A stretch of 59,993 bases of DNA, filler included, from Bipalium vagum (GCA_037834085.1; 3 parts of 3 records of this genome joined end to end with filler, not necessarily neighbours in it), one strand, 5' to 3'; counted from the whole stretch's first letter, positions 38,701-53,174 are shown. Notes: a model not told the origin generated them from the sequence alone. Translations and numbers: made by a program.

Positions 38701-39979
38701 TTATTTTGAGTCAGATTTGAGTCATTATTTATTTACCAGAAAGACTTTTAATACCAATATGATTATTCAATATTATTTTGTATTTTTAATTTAACTTTCG
38801 GAAAAATGTGAAATATAGTTCCTCACAATGTCTCTTAGTATCTTCATTATTTTTGTCTCGTTAATTAATAATTCCAAAATATTAGTTATTATATCTCTTT
38901 ATGAATAATTTGATTTTACATATATTTGATAAGAAATTTTTTCGTGTTTGTAAATCTATTGGGCTTTTATGAAGGGTTTTGGTAACAGAAATGGATTCCA
39001 CGATTTAAAAAATAAATTTATTAAATTTTTTTAATAATAAGAATTAAGCATAATCAATATATATAATTATCAAAAATAATTACCCAGTGCCCAGAATATC
39101 AGGTTTTATTAATTGTTAATAAATTTATTGGGAATTCGATAAATATGAAAATTAATACCTTTTTAGAAATATTGTATATTGTCAAGAATCAAAGATAATT
39201 ATTTTTGATTAGTCAACCACATTGTTGGATTAACTCTTAAATTTCTAGAAGATTCTGCAAAAATCACAAAGTTAATCAGTAATACAAAATTAACGACTTA
39301 ATAAGTTTTGATTATTTATAATTTAAAAATAGTTGTGATAATCGAAAGAATCAGTTAATTACATTTGTGTTGCCAGGAAAATCAATTGAATTTATAATCG
39401 ATTCCTGTAAATAAAAAAATTTAATACATCAAAGATTGTACTCAGATCCCGAGCGAGATTGATAACTGACAAGTGACCATAGCGTTTCAATAGACAAACC
39501 CAAATTGAAATCGGATTAAAAATAATTTTGTTTTTTTTTCGTTTTTCTTTGTTATTAAAGCTAAATGCATCTAATAATATGCAGTGATCTGATAATTTAT
39601 TTCTTTTAGACCCCTCAGTTTTAGCTACTGAAATACCAAACTTAGTTAGTCAGACCTATTGAAAATTTTATTATAATAAAAAGTTTAGTGATATCATTAT
39701 CATTATTTAGATTTATGTCTTATTTTAAGTTCAAAGAGTTGGTGAGATAAATAATTTATATCTAGACTTTTACACATAATAATAAACAAAATTTATCTCT
39801 AATATACAATATTCAATCCTCAGCGATTTTAGAAAATTCTTAAATTCCAAGTAAAACGTAGATTTATTGTTTCGATCAATAATATCTACTGTCAAGTAAG
39901 TAAATTCCTGTTTTTTCCTTCTACAAAGTAAACTAAAAAGTAAAAAACCATGAATGACTTGAAATCTGAATATTTTTAA

Positions 39980-41056
39980 TTTTATGACGAAACTTCAACT
40001 TTCCGATGAAGATTTTGAAGATTGGATCATACAAATGGGTCTCCTTCATATCAATAAAGTATGCCAGAAATCGAAAGATGTGGATATGACATCAATGGAA
40101 TTGTCGCACAGGTCAGACAAAGCCTTCATTCTCAGTTTATAACAAGACCCACCCTCTTGTTAAAGAAAATTTTTCAACTAAGTTATTTCTGGTGCCTTCA
40201 ATGTGGAACCATAGCCAACCAAGAATATGAGGTTGGTATAAGCCAAAATATTTTCGGGACATCTGTGTCGAATATTTTATCCGCAATCGGACCCAAGTTG
40301 AAGGATTTTAGAAAATAGTGGAAATAAATGAGACATGTGTCTCTAAAAGGAAATACAACAAAGAGAGAATTATTCGGCCAAACCAATGGATGTTTGGTGG
40401 AATAGAGCGCGGATCAGCAAAATCATTTTTAGTCCTTGTGGACAAACGAGATGCGAGCTCGCTTTTACCCATTATTCAAGATTTATATGAAATTTTCCTT
40501 TTTCGCATTTGATAATAATAAATTATGTTAGGTACAATAATTATATCGGACCTTTGGCGAGCCTATGGCAGGATTCAAAATTTATCACAAGGATTCACGC
40601 ACTTAACAGTGAATCATTCCATTAATTTTGTGGACCAATCACTGAAGCTCATACACAACATGTTCAAGAGAAAGGTCAAGAAATCACAAGGACTTAACAT
40701 ATCAACTAAGTAGAGATACAACGACTATCTCCAAGAATTTTTGTGGAGACAGCAATTTGGTGACTGCCCTGAAGTCCTATTTTATTTCTGGTCCCATGTT
40801 TCTGATAGACATGCATGTTGAAAAATAAATTTTCTACTTCTTGTTTTTGATTTATTTTATTTTATACTAATTACAAATTATTATTTTACTTTATAGGTAT
40901 TAATACAAAAGCTGTTATCATATTACATTACATAATTTTACAAAAAAATTAACTTAAAATGACTTATAAATGCTCTATATAAAATAAAATCTAAAAATAA
41001 CCCTGTGTTATGATTGGTCCGCTTATAACACAGGGTTGTTAAAGTAAAATAGTACC
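39980..41056 (+). mobile_element. Decayed Merlin (DDE_Tnp_IS1595) transposon with right end
   Basis: VEINETCVSKRKYNKER...WMFGGIERG...RDASSLLPII / GTIIISDLWRAY...HLTVNHSINFVD...YLQEFLWR. Ends ...AATAGTACC after a 13-bp hairpin (40999-41037). Confidence 0.88.
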
Positions 41057-41140
41057 GATTTTTCCACTGGTACATCTTATTTTGAAACAATTCTTAGATC
41101 AATAAGACGGTTATAATCCTTAAAATTGTTTTGAGATTTC

Positions 41141-41363
41141 AAATATGTATACGCGCTTAATTAATCAATTTGTCAATGAACATGAATCATTTTTATATAT
41201 TATTGTAGATAAATCACTTGAAAAATATATATTTTAAATGTCTGGAAAACGTTGTTGTTGATAGCCTCTTTTTATTTGATTATTTTTTGTACAAAAACGC
41301 TGGGATTAATTAAATGATTATTTTTGCTTTAAACGCGTATACATATTTATGAAACACTCGGTA
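41141..41363. mobile_element. Second copy of the 27.3-kb repeat
   Basis: Same core. AAATATGTATACGCG and CGCGTATACATATTT form a 15-bp inverted pair. Confidence 0.7.
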
Positions 41364-41418
41364 CATATTAAATAGATTTGCATTTTAAAATAATTAACAT
41401 TTTCAAAATTAAAAATTG

Positions 41419-41698
41419 GGTAATCCTTTAATTCAGCGGCGTAAAATATTCTAAAGTATCAAACTTCTTGAGAAATTTATTTTTACTATGCATAATTTTT
41501 TAATTTATTTTAGTTTCAATTTAAGCAGTCATGTTGTCCGGTAGACCAAGTGTCCAAACGTCGATCATTGATTCCAGCGACATCTTACCTAAAAAAGATA
41601 TTTTGCAATGCAGCTTTTTTCAAATATCTTAGTTTTATTTATGTTACGCAGTTCAGGAAACTGGTGTCAACTTTACGCCGCTTAACTGAAGCATTACC
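41419..41698. mobile_element. Merlin-type MITE
   Basis: TIRs GGTAATCCTTTAATTCAGCGGCGTAAA and GGTAATGCTTCAGTTAAGCGGCGTAAA. 8-bp flanks AAAAATTG/AAAAATTA (7 of 8). Confidence 0.8.
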
Positions 41699-41979
41699 AA
41701 AAATTATACAATGAGTCAATGTTAAATCCTACAAAAACATTTGTAATTCAAAAAAATCGAATAGATTTTTCTTTTGATTCACCTTAGAAACTTACGTAAA
41801 ATAAGTTACTAAATGTATTAAATTAATTTTAAAGTGTTAAAAGCCAAAATAATTTTTTATCACGTTTATATTTGAAACTAATAAAATTTTAGTGAATAAG
41901 AAACATTTAATTGTTATATTAAAAGATGATAAAACAAAATTTGATAAAACTAATTTTTTCACACAAAAACTAAATTTTG

Positions 41980-42913
41980 TTAAGATAGACCGTGGCTTAT
42001 CTAAACTCAAGATTTATAACTCTTTTGCAAAGTTATAAATTTTAAGATCAATATTTAATTGTTTGGTTTAAATACATTGGGCTATCTATGAGATCCCGAA
42101 CATCAGTAGGTCAAAGTTTGCCAAAAGACTGCGAGTTTAAAGTATCTGAGTTCATAAGGTTCTGTGAGCAACATACTAATAAAGTAAATGTTAAACATTT
42201 GGGAAAGAAAAATTTCCAACTCGAATTATTGTTAAGGTAAGTCGAAAGGGCTTGGTTAATAGTGAAATTATGAAACAATGGATTCATGAAATTTGGCAAG
42301 AGGACCTGATTCTTTCTTTAACCCAAAGTCTTTGCTTATTCTTGATTCTGCAAAGTTCATCTAACTGATGAAGTTAAGAACAAAGTTAAATGTTCACAAG
42401 TAGCAGTGATTCTAGGATGCCTAACCAAAGTTTTACAGTCTGGATATTTTAGTGAATCACTCCTTTAAATCAAAATTGTGTGAAAGGTAGAGTAGATGGA
42501 TGAAAATCATTCATTTACGAAAAGTGGAGCAATGAAAAAAACTTCATATAGTGAGATTTGCCAATGGATTGTTGAATCGTCGAATGAGGTGAAAGTTGAC
42601 AACATCAAAAGCGGTTTTTATAAAGCTCGCATTTTATCAATACCCGAAGATTTTGAATTACCTGAGGAACTTGAAACGGAATCATTTAGTGATTAAACTT
42701 TTAATGAATTTAGTGATTTTGAATAAACTTTATTTCTTTATTTCTATTAATTTAGATATCTTATTTGAGTTATGTGTAATAGTTAGTTTTTTATAAGTTA
42801 CATATTTTGTTTAAAATTTTTATTAAAACTCTAGATAGGCCCCAATCAAATGTTATTTTAAAAAATAGGGTTTTTTGTAAGATATACCGCGGTTTATATA
42901 CTGGATTTTATGG
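41980..42913 (+). mobile_element. Decayed pogo-like (DDE_1) transposon
   Basis: WVNSEIMKQWI, SLLILDSA, HLTDEVK, VILGCLTKVLQ, VNHSFK, FTKSGAMKK...ICQWI...SGFYKA. TA-CCATAAAATCCAGTATATAAACCGCGG terminus on minus. Confidence 0.85.
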
Positions 42914-44340
42914 TAATTCTCAGTTTCAGCTAGCAAGTCAACTCAACAGAAGCCAAGTCGCCAAACTACAAACAGGGCCCAATATCAAACCTGTGTTGAA
43001 AAAGTCATGTTGTTTTTTTTCCAGAACTCGTCCTATTCTCCAAATCTTGTTCCAAGGAAATAACATTCTTACCGTTCCCTGTCAAATCAAATGGCTCCTA
43101 CTACTTTTAACAATGTGAAAGATAAATGGAAATGTACCCCCAACAACTTATTCTTTAGGAATTCCAGAGAATTCTGGCTAAAGTTCATTGGAAAGGCGAA
43201 AATAATTTTAAATAAATATGAAAATTACATTATTGATTAACTTTTAATTATTGATAAAATTATAAATTTTTAAATAAATATTATGATACGCAATACAAAG
43301 GAAAATAATTTTAAAATTCAATAATTTTAAATCATTAAATCAAAATAATACTGAACCATGTACCCTTACTCTATGCAATAAATTACAAATGAATAAGGGA
43401 GTATTAATTCATCCACCGTAGTCCCCAATTCAGGACAAAATTCCATGATTAAAGGAAACTTTTTTGAAGATTCAAATAGTCACCTGAATCAGGTTTTTAG
43501 CAAGAAAACTCAGCTTCAAAAATGTGATACCACAGCAAGATTATGAAGAAATTTATATATTGATTTAATTTAACGGTTTTTTATTTTTTATAAATTGTTA
43601 GAACTGGTGACAGATTTTGAAGTTAATTTAAATGTCATGTCTATTAATTTATTTCATTGTGAAAATAAAATAGGATTCTCAGATCATAACTTATTTTTGA
43701 GTAAAGTAGACAGGATATGCTTAATAAACCTAATTATAACGGACTGAATCAAAATAATGAAAGAATATTTTCAATTTTTATGTTTCTTGAGAATTGTAAT
43801 GAAAATTTTATTAATCAGATCTTAGATAACAGTTAAATTACTACTTTTTTACCCAAATCTTTTAGAAGAAATCATGTTTTAATAACATCATACTTAAAAT
43901 CATACATTTAATAATATAAACAACTTACTGTAACAATGTATTCTTTCGTTGTATTTTACTGATATTACAAGAATGTCTAACAATTTGTTAACAGAAAGTT
44001 CAATGCAAAACGTTTAAATCATTTGACAAAAATCTAAGAGTTAAATTCTTAAATATTCCGAATAATATTTTTGAAATTTTGTAAATAAGTATGAATATAA
44101 ACAAAAGCTTTTCTTTGAAATATTTTCAATTTATAAAATAAATGTATTTACAGAGTATTGCAGAAATATATATAAAAATATTCAGAATATATAGAAAATT
44201 ATTTAAAATATTTTCAATTCACGTAGATACCAATCTAGAAGTCACGGAGAAATACCAACAAGAAACAGGATGAATGCTATAGAAACAGACGAAGAAAGTT
44301 TAATTCAATTTAGTGATATACCTGAAGATGAGAAACACCC

Positions 44341-44440
44341 NNNNNNNNNNNNNNNNNNNNNNNNNNNNNNNNNNNNNNNNNNNNTTAATTAATTAANNNN
44401 NNNNNNNNNNNNNNNNNNNNNNNNNNNNNNNNNNNNNNNN
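44341..44440. other. Assembly gap with artificial spacer
   Basis: N-run with central TTAATTAATTAA. Confidence 0.98.
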
Positions 44441-46424
44441 TATTAATAAATGTTATTATCGGATTTTTTCTGTTTTATCAGGGGGTGGACAATTCGTTGG
44501 ACCAAACTGTATGTACTTCTTATAATAATTCTCAAAGAATATCTTGAAAAAAAAATATTGAATAAGAAATGGCCTGCCTGGTATAAAAATCGGGTTTGAA
44601 AAAATTATGGTTAATTTCAAAGTCATTTGTTTGAATAAGTTGTCGAAAAATAACAAAACAATATCACGTTCTTCTACTTTCATTACACTGTTCACATTCC
44701 TTCACCAAGTTTGAAAACACGTTAGCATTATTAAAGACTGTATTCAAAAGGTAACTAGCAGACAGCTTTCGATGTCAGAATGTTTAAAACAAAAGTTGGA
44801 TCTTTCTCCTAATATATTATATTCCAAAAAGATAATTATTTGACCTTTGAAAAATTTACCAATCCTCTTCTCTTCATAAATCTCATGTTAGGTTTAACGG
44901 ATATCTTTAGAAAAAAGCAGCTTCAACACAATTGAAAACACATCTATTTCCATGTTCCTTCAACCTTGACTTAACTAAATCGTTGAAATTAAAAAGAAAT
45001 TTTCTTGTACGGTTTTTAATTTCCCATTAATTCTTTTGGACATAATTACAGAAAAAATTACACCACTCAATTGATTTAAAAAAATTATTATTTCTAATTT
45101 TAACACCTTTTGTTGTAATATGTCTTACTATATTGTGAAATATTTCTTTCTCCCTGGATCTGGAATCAATCATAGAACAAAATATCACTTTCATATCCGG
45201 TTCGTAAATATGATTTTCTTTTTATTATATTCAGATTTGATTTCAAAATAGAGTATTTATACAACTCAATGACAAACTGTTTTGATGAAAATGTTGAGAA
45301 CAACCTTCACCGCTTTGAAATAACTTTAACTTCCGATCATCTTCAATGTTTAAACCATTTATAATTCCACTTAGACTTACAATTTTCATATTCATAATGG
45401 AGAGCAAAAAAACAGTGAAATTATTGAAAATATAGTTTTATTTTACACTAATTAATAATTATTATTAAAAGAAACAACATTCATAGAATAATCAAAAGAA
45501 TTGAATAGTTTTCAATTTTAAAATGTTTTATAAAAATTCATTCATTTTTTGACATTCTTTCTGATCTTAAATTTTTGGTTAATTACTAAATATCTGTCTT
45601 ATTATTTAGAAATCAATGATTGGATTATCAATGATTATTGAGTGACAGGAACACGAAATTTTTCTGATTCGGCCAATCAAATGAAAGATAAATGCAATGA
45701 AAAAATTATTGATAATTTATCATTTGAATCCTCAGAATAATAATAAATAATAAGTGTGAATAAAACTTTTCCAGTGTCTTGTTTTAGCACTCACTCTTGT
45801 ATTGATTAATGAGGTAATGTGTCAATAATTGACAGCAAACAAAAACTCTGAGATAGTAAACAAGAAATCAGTAAATGTTTACCGATACGACAGTGAAGAT
45901 GTTCATTGAACTATTTAATCCATATATATTGGTAATAATAAAAAATAAATAAAATACTGATTGATTAATATTAATTATATATTACAGATATCACAATTCT
46001 TTAAGTGAGTGCTAAATCGATTAGCAAGAAATATTAATACTTATATAAATATCAATATTTAAATAAAATTCTTATCGATTAGTTTTAAGTATTAATATTT
46101 TAATTTAGTTATTGATAAGGTAAGATTTGAAAATCGAAGAGCGATTATTAAATAATTATGTATAATTTTCAGATTTTTGAAGTAAAAGCTTTCTTGAAAA
46201 ATTAAGGATAATTTTCTACTTTCAAATTCCAGTCAAATCAATAAACAAAGATTTTAAAATCTTTTTTTGTAAACCAAAATGTGAAGCTAACAAATAATAA
46301 TTATAACTGTTATTATTATTATTAAAATAGGCATTATTATTAAAAATTATAATTATTATTATAGTTATTATTATTAATTTTTTTTTTATTATAATTTATA
46401 TACTGATGCAGAACAAACATTCAC

Positions 46425-46939
46425 TTGTTTATGGAAGGCCGAATTTCTTGAGACTGTTTTGATTTCCTGGATTTATCATCCATCGTCATTTTGTTGGGTA
46501 GAATATAAAAATTGGAATCTTGCTTTAAATTATTGTCCTTATTAGAATGTGATGAAAATTTTTGGGGCAAAGTCTCGGTTGAGTTTTTAGATTTACTTAT
46601 CGATTCACGAATCACTGTTAGAGAAAGAACAGAATGGTTTTGCATTGCGGCTTTAAGGATATTGATTGTAGATTCTACATTTGTATCGGAGAGACTCTGT
46701 CCATTGACGCCAACCAACTTATCATTTACTTGAAGTCCGCCTTGCTGGGCTGCCAGGCTTTGAGAAAGAATTGAATGAATGTAAATGCCTGGCCCTAGAG
46801 ACGGATTATCGTTTTCATTTCGATAATGGATATTGAGACCAAGTTGTTGGTTTTCTTTATATCTTGAATTGAGTGGAATTTCGAAAGTTAATTGTGGAAA
46901 ACTATTCTGAATTTTAGATGTAGACATATCGATTGAAGG
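46425..46939 (-). CDS. PARD3: Par-3/Bazooka-like exon encoding PDZ3
   Basis: TTTATAG acceptor, phase 0. LTFEIPLN...LGLNI...GIYIHSIL...LQVNDKLVGVNGQSL matches Par-3 PDZ3 (LTFEVPLN...LRVNDQLIAVNGESL). Probable donor AA|GTGAAT. Confidence 0.85.
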
Positions 46940-48157
46940 CTATAAAAGAAAAGGTTATTAGTTAAATACTAATAATAAGTAACAATAAAATTAAATTTTT
47001 AAAGGTATTTAATTAATAAAATATATAATTAAATTGCAAATTTTTTTAAAATATAATTTTATTTATATTAGGTAATTTTGTAAATATTTCAAAAATAAAT
47101 AATAAATATTAAATTGATCGATTTTTTAAATATAATTATTAGCAATAATAATAAATAGAATAATTTTTTTAAAAATATAAAATAATAATAAATTTAGAAT
47201 CTTTGAATAAATAAGCAAAAATTTAAATTTTAGTCTACAGAAAACTGCACAACAGATAATTTTTTCTTTTATTCACTGATAAAGAAATAATTTTTTTTAA
47301 TTAATTTCGATTTTTATCTTAAAATTAAACCTTTTAACAGACATGTGAAAAATAATTTAGTATAGTGCATGAGTGAAAAACTGCAACTATTATCATTCGT
47401 TCTATTGTTGCTTAGTTTCTTTTCAAGTAGATTTTCTTAACAGAAATACAAAATTTAGAAAAAAAAACAGTTATAAGAAATTGGTTTCATAGAGAGTTAG
47501 CAAGAATTCTAAAATCAATAAAATGAAAATATGTCAAGCAAAATTTGATAAGGAATCTCTGAAGCGTGAAAGTGGTTAATTTAAAGGCCTTTAGATTTTT
47601 ATAAAGATTTCAAATTTTCATTCAACTTATAATAATACTTTTCTCCCATTATGTACATATTTTATCATTAGTTTAATAATAATAATAATAATAATTTTGA
47701 ATTAATAGTCATTTCATGTAAAGAATTTTTTAAAATTCTTTTAGAACATCAATTACAGAATTATAAATAGAAAAATGAATTAATGAATTTTTTTATGAAA
47801 GCAATTAAAAATTAATAATCAATTATTTTAGAGACTTAATTTGTATTTGAAAAACTGGATACCGTAAGAATGGAAATTTTTTAATTTTGAATGGATACTT
47901 TTCTCCACATTATTCCCTAGTGAATTTCTGATTATTCTCAAAATGAAGATAAAATTAATCGACCATCATTCCCCGGACATGCAGTTATTTTCGGCAATTT
48001 ATTATTAATTAAAAACGATTTAATGTAATGATAAATTGATTTATTGAAGTAAAAAGGATTGGGAATAGAAAGCAAATATTGTTCAGGGAAAATAAAGGTG
48101 GAGAAACGAGACAGTTCGGAACATAAAGAATTATTCGACATTAGAATAAAAAGTTAC

Positions 48158-48499
48158 CTGATCTTTTTCGATTCGTGAAATCAAAAGCTCAACTAATGTA
48201 TTTTCTGGTATTGCTCTCAATTTATCTGTAGCATCTTTCAAACTTGTTACAGGAACGGAATTGACTTCCAATATTCGATCACCTGGTTGTAAACGTCCAT
48301 CGTCGGCTGCACCACCATCTTTTAGAATTTTATTCACAAGAATCACAACGGAATTGGCAATCTCATTGGTATCAGATCCATACAAGACTTGATTATCCCT
48401 TGTTACAATTGTAAATCCCAAACCCGTATTTGGTTTCTTATAGACCGAAATATTGAGCTTTTTTCCAATTGTTCGCACATTGAAAGCATTCATAACAGA
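48158..48499 (-). CDS. PARD3: Par-3-like exon encoding PDZ2
   Basis: 114 codons, phase 0-0. NVRTIGKKLNI...GLGFTIVTRDN...GRLQPGDRILEVN matches NTKKIGKRLNI...GLGFSITSRD. Confidence 0.9.
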
Positions 48500-50569
48500 C
48501 TAAACCGAAAAGAGAAATATGAAAATCTTTAAAATAATCAATCGATATTAAATTTCACAAATAAAATGAAAGTCATGAAAAAAATATGAAATACTTTATT
48601 CACACATAAAATATTTCCATAAAGGTTTAGAATGAATTTGAATTCATTTTAACAATTAATATAGGTTTCAAATCTTTATTGTTACCAACCTGTCAGACCA
48701 AATACTTCCAACATTAGGAAGAAATTTTGATATGATCTTCTCAAAAAATATTCCTCAAAGAAAATAATCCGAAAAAATATTTATTGTTATGACAAAAAAC
48801 GATATTCTATTGAATCATCACCATGTCCTCAAAGGTCAACGAAATTTACTTTTACTACTCCAATTCTGTTGACTATTACTGTTACTACATGGTGCGAAAT
48901 AACGTTAGGTCCACCATTATTTAGTGAAATAATTATAAACAGAAAAGAGCTTGATATTAAAATTTCATCATAAGTTAAACAAAAAATTGAAATATTAAAA
49001 ACATAAGTTCAATTTTTAAACTAAAAAATTATTAAAATGAGAAAAAAGGTGCGAAATGTAAATAGGTAAACTACACAATGGATTCAGAAAGTTTTTCGAA
49101 CAAAAAAGATAAATTAATTTTTTATCTTCCTTTCATTAATTTAAAATCAATTCATAATTGCTTTGCGGCATAAATTTAACAAGATTTTCCAGTATTTCTC
49201 TTGGTTATATATCCCATGATTCTTTACTACGGACTTTGAGCACCGATATAGTTTGAAATTGTCGTTTTTACTACGTAATATTTTGTATTTCGTCTTCTTT
49301 TTTCAGAACTCATTAACATTTCTGTGATTTTTGATGATTTATTTTAATTTTAATAGTAATATTTCCAAAATCAGAAATTTTTATTTTATATTTTACTGAA
49401 AAATGTGGTCCTGGGTTTGTTAAGAAATAATTATATTATTAATAATACCGGTTTTGTGGATATAATTTCATTTACTTAACATCAAAATTCTTAAACCATT
49501 TTGATGAAAGCATTTACTTTTCACAACACAGAAGATGTAGTATATACATACAAATATATTATATATATATAAGATGCATATATATACATTACTGTAAAAT
49601 TTACAAATTTTTATGAATATACATTTTATGAAATTAATATTAAAATATATTATCTAGATATGACTTTAATATTTGATGTTGATTTTTGATATGTTTGAGA
49701 AATATATATTAAATGAAAAAAATAAAATAACGAATAATAACTACAAATTTAATAATAAAAGGTTTATTATTCGAAAAGATATTAACAGAAGTATCGGAAA
49801 GGCATTAAAAATAAAACCCTGTTTTCAAAATAAAATGTCAATAATCATAAAATAAATTATAAAAAGACATTTTTCTCGTTTACATAAGGCTTTTGCCACA
49901 TGACATTTATATACCAGAATAAGGCACAGAAAAACAATTTAATATTTTTTTATTTTCAGAAAATTTGTCAAATTTTATTCACTGTTTAAAAAATTAATTC
50001 ACGATTCCTTACTTAACGATCCAGCAGAATATCGTTTAATTTTAACATTGACTTATTAAGAATCAATATTAATTGTAACAAATTCTTCATAAAAAATTTA
50101 TTCTAATATTTTATTACTAAAATTGCCGAAATTTAAATTTAAAACATTACATATTTACAATAGAGCAAAATACTGAACATATTGTAATCGGTAAAATATA
50201 AAATATTTTAAAAAACAACTTTTTCATAATTTGGATCGATAATTTTTCACAGATGCAATTCTCGAATAAATTTACTTCCGGTTTAAATCCAAATATCATT
50301 TCATCATTTACGACCACCTCAATTGTTATCAAAAATGGATATATTAAATACTTTTTTTAATTTTGAAAATATTTACTCTCATCGAAATAATTTTCTTAAA
50401 ATAATTATAAAAATAAAGATCACTGATGAATCCAACAAAAGAAAATGTTTTTAAGATTTCACCATTGTATTGCGTCATGGAAAGTGTAATTTCGTATTTT
50501 GGTAATATTTAATTCAACACAGAAAAGTATTTTAAGCATTCAAATCAATTATAAATATTAAATATTATA

Positions 50570-51041
50570 TTTTCTATCGGACGAGATTACTTTCGACCAT
50601 TTCTATGACAGTGTTTCAATGTATTTGTTATCAAATTCGGATTTCTTTGAATCGAAAAGATTGAGATTGCTTCTTTGATGACTTTCATTTTGCCTCTCCT
50701 GGTCATTCAAAAAATTTTGAAAATTTCCAAATAAGTAATAATCCAATGAAGCGATTTCAGAAGAATATTGTGGAAGTGGTAAGACAACTCATCCAGTATC
50801 TGTATTTTTTCCTGAATCAGTCAAGCAGTATGTGGTCTCGAATTACTGTGATGCAAAATTACAATTTTTCTGTTTCTTAAAATAGACCTGAATTTTGACT
50901 CAGTCTCTAATTATTGAGAATAAAGTTCCGCATGTTATTTTCCAACAGTCCCTAATAAACAATGACATGGATAACTTTCTTAAACTGCTTTTAAACTGAA
51001 ATAGCATGCAGTGATTAATATGCATTTTTTTGAAATCCATA
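50570..51041 (-). mobile_element. Internally deleted mariner remnant in a Par-3 intron
   Basis: MDFKKMHINHCMLFQFK, and VVLPLPQYSSEIASLDYYLFGNFQNFL...KWSKVI (YSPDLAPSDY motif). Confidence 0.8.
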
Positions 51042-53094
51042 ATTATAGACTAAAAACTTAAATTTTATTAAAATAAATTTAATAAATGTTTAAAGGTCAA
51101 TTAAAATAATTATTCAAGATCTTTCTAAATTCACAAAAAAGCTGAAATAATTGCAAATTATTTATACATATATTAATTGTGTATATTAATTCAGCAAACT
51201 TAAAAATATGATATTAAAATACGCAATTACTTTTCATTAGCCTGATATTTATCAATGAAGATTGATTTTGAATAAGTTTTCAATAAGATATTAATATGAA
51301 ATGATGAAATAAGATTTTTAAATTGATGGAAGTTCAAATTATTAAGTTTTTGTAATATACATTGATTTTTGGAACTAAACCATATGTAAAAACCACTTGA
51401 ATTATTGTCAGCTGTTTTATACTTTTTATAATGTAAATTTATAGAATCAATGGTCAAATTGCAAATTTATAAATATTTTTTATTGACATAAAATTAATTT
51501 ATAACAATAATATCAATGATCACACAAGAAATCGTAATTTATAACGAATACCTGTCCCCCGTCTTGGTAAATACTGATTGATAAAGACTTATTAAAACCA
51601 AGTCGAAAGAAATAGTAACTAAAACTCTTAATATTTGACGTGCTTATTAAATTGCCATAACTAGTTTTTAATAAACCTTCAAAATTTACTAACAAAATAA
51701 ATATTAATGCTTTCAAAGTCTGTCGTGAAATCAAACATAATTGAAACAATAATACATACTGTATTTTACAATATTTATTGAAAATTATATTAATGTTAAA
51801 TAATTTTGCAAACACGAAATACTATCTCAAATCTACAAATAAAAATTAAATTTTCATTTAAAATTTTAATAATGAAGTGAATATTATCAATAAATAAATA
51901 TACATAACCAAACCTACATACGTCAATAACAATATCAGAAAAATTAGAATTAAATAGAAAAAAATGTAAAAGATTTTTGATATTACTAAAATGTAAAGTT
52001 ATATTAACACAATCAAATAAAGATTTATTTCTTTTGATAAAAAAAACTTCGCTAAATCACAAATACAAGAATTTTTTGTTAAGTAATTTCATTCTTTATA
52101 ATTATTATTGTTATATTTTAATATTGATTAATATAACAAAAAATTATCAAACGTAATTGTGGATTTTTATTGATTTTCTGCTATTTGAAAGTAAAGTTGA
52201 AAAATTCAACAAAATTTCAATTTAAATTATAAAAAAAATCCAATAAAACTTTTCATTTAAAATTATTTATGGTAATAAGAAATTTTTCTTCCCATTTGTT
52301 TTAAGCTTTAAATAATGTCGCCATTGATAATTGATCAAGTGGAGATAATAATATTGATGTCTCTTTCACGAATAAATATTTCAGAAAGACAGCTTTTCAA
52401 TAAAAAAAAATCCATAATTTGTCATTTAACAATTCCAATAAACAGGGACAATGTTATTCTTACTTTTATCATCGAGGGTTGGGCGATCAATAATTTTACT
52501 TAAAATCTTTTCAAAATTTAATTTTGCAACTGAAATTTTTTGAAAATAACTATAAACGGTTTTCACTTTTCAGAAATTGTCTTTTCTATAATTGAACAAT
52601 ACAACCGGAAGAAATAAACAAACAAAAATGCACAGAGCCACACACTCAAAACGTGTGGCACACGTGAATCCATTAGTCCACTGCATAACAATAGAAAACA
52701 CAAACAAATATCAGCCAATAAAATTCAAATTTAAAGAAAAAATAAACCAAATTTTTAAAAATCCGCATTCGATTGTCGCCAGTTCACAGTCATGGTTGAT
52801 AATGATAATTTGATCAGTGATCCATTAAAAAGTTGCATATCATATAAAAATTTCAAGGTATGACTTTAATTGAAAGTTTTCACAAATTATTGATTAGAAT
52901 TAAAATGTTACCAAATCGTTAAAAATATAACCTGGCAGTGTAAAAATCAATAAACATAAAATAATAATCTACTTGAATATTATAAAAATTTATTATAAAA
53001 GTTTGACTTAAATTTTAATTTCGAACAAATTATTGATTCGTATTAAAATTTAAATTTAATTTATTCGTATTTATAATTTCAATATTAAAATTAC

Positions 53095-53174
53095 CAAATG
53101 AGTATGAGGCGACCTCCGAGGAGGAACTGGTTTCGATGGAGAAGCTGGTGCCGATTTTGATAATAATTTTCTGT
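53095..53174 (-). CDS. PARD3: Par-3-like linker exon
   Basis: TTCCAG acceptor, GTAATT donor, phase 1-0. RKLLSKSAPASPSKPVPPRRSPHTHL; locally GC-rich. Confidence 0.75.

Noticed and set aside
48820-48950. Minus frame ISLNNGGPNVISHHVV resembling Par-3 PDZ1
   Set aside because: No GLGF-like loop, an early stop, no suitable splice sites, and the sequence looks like a transposon end.
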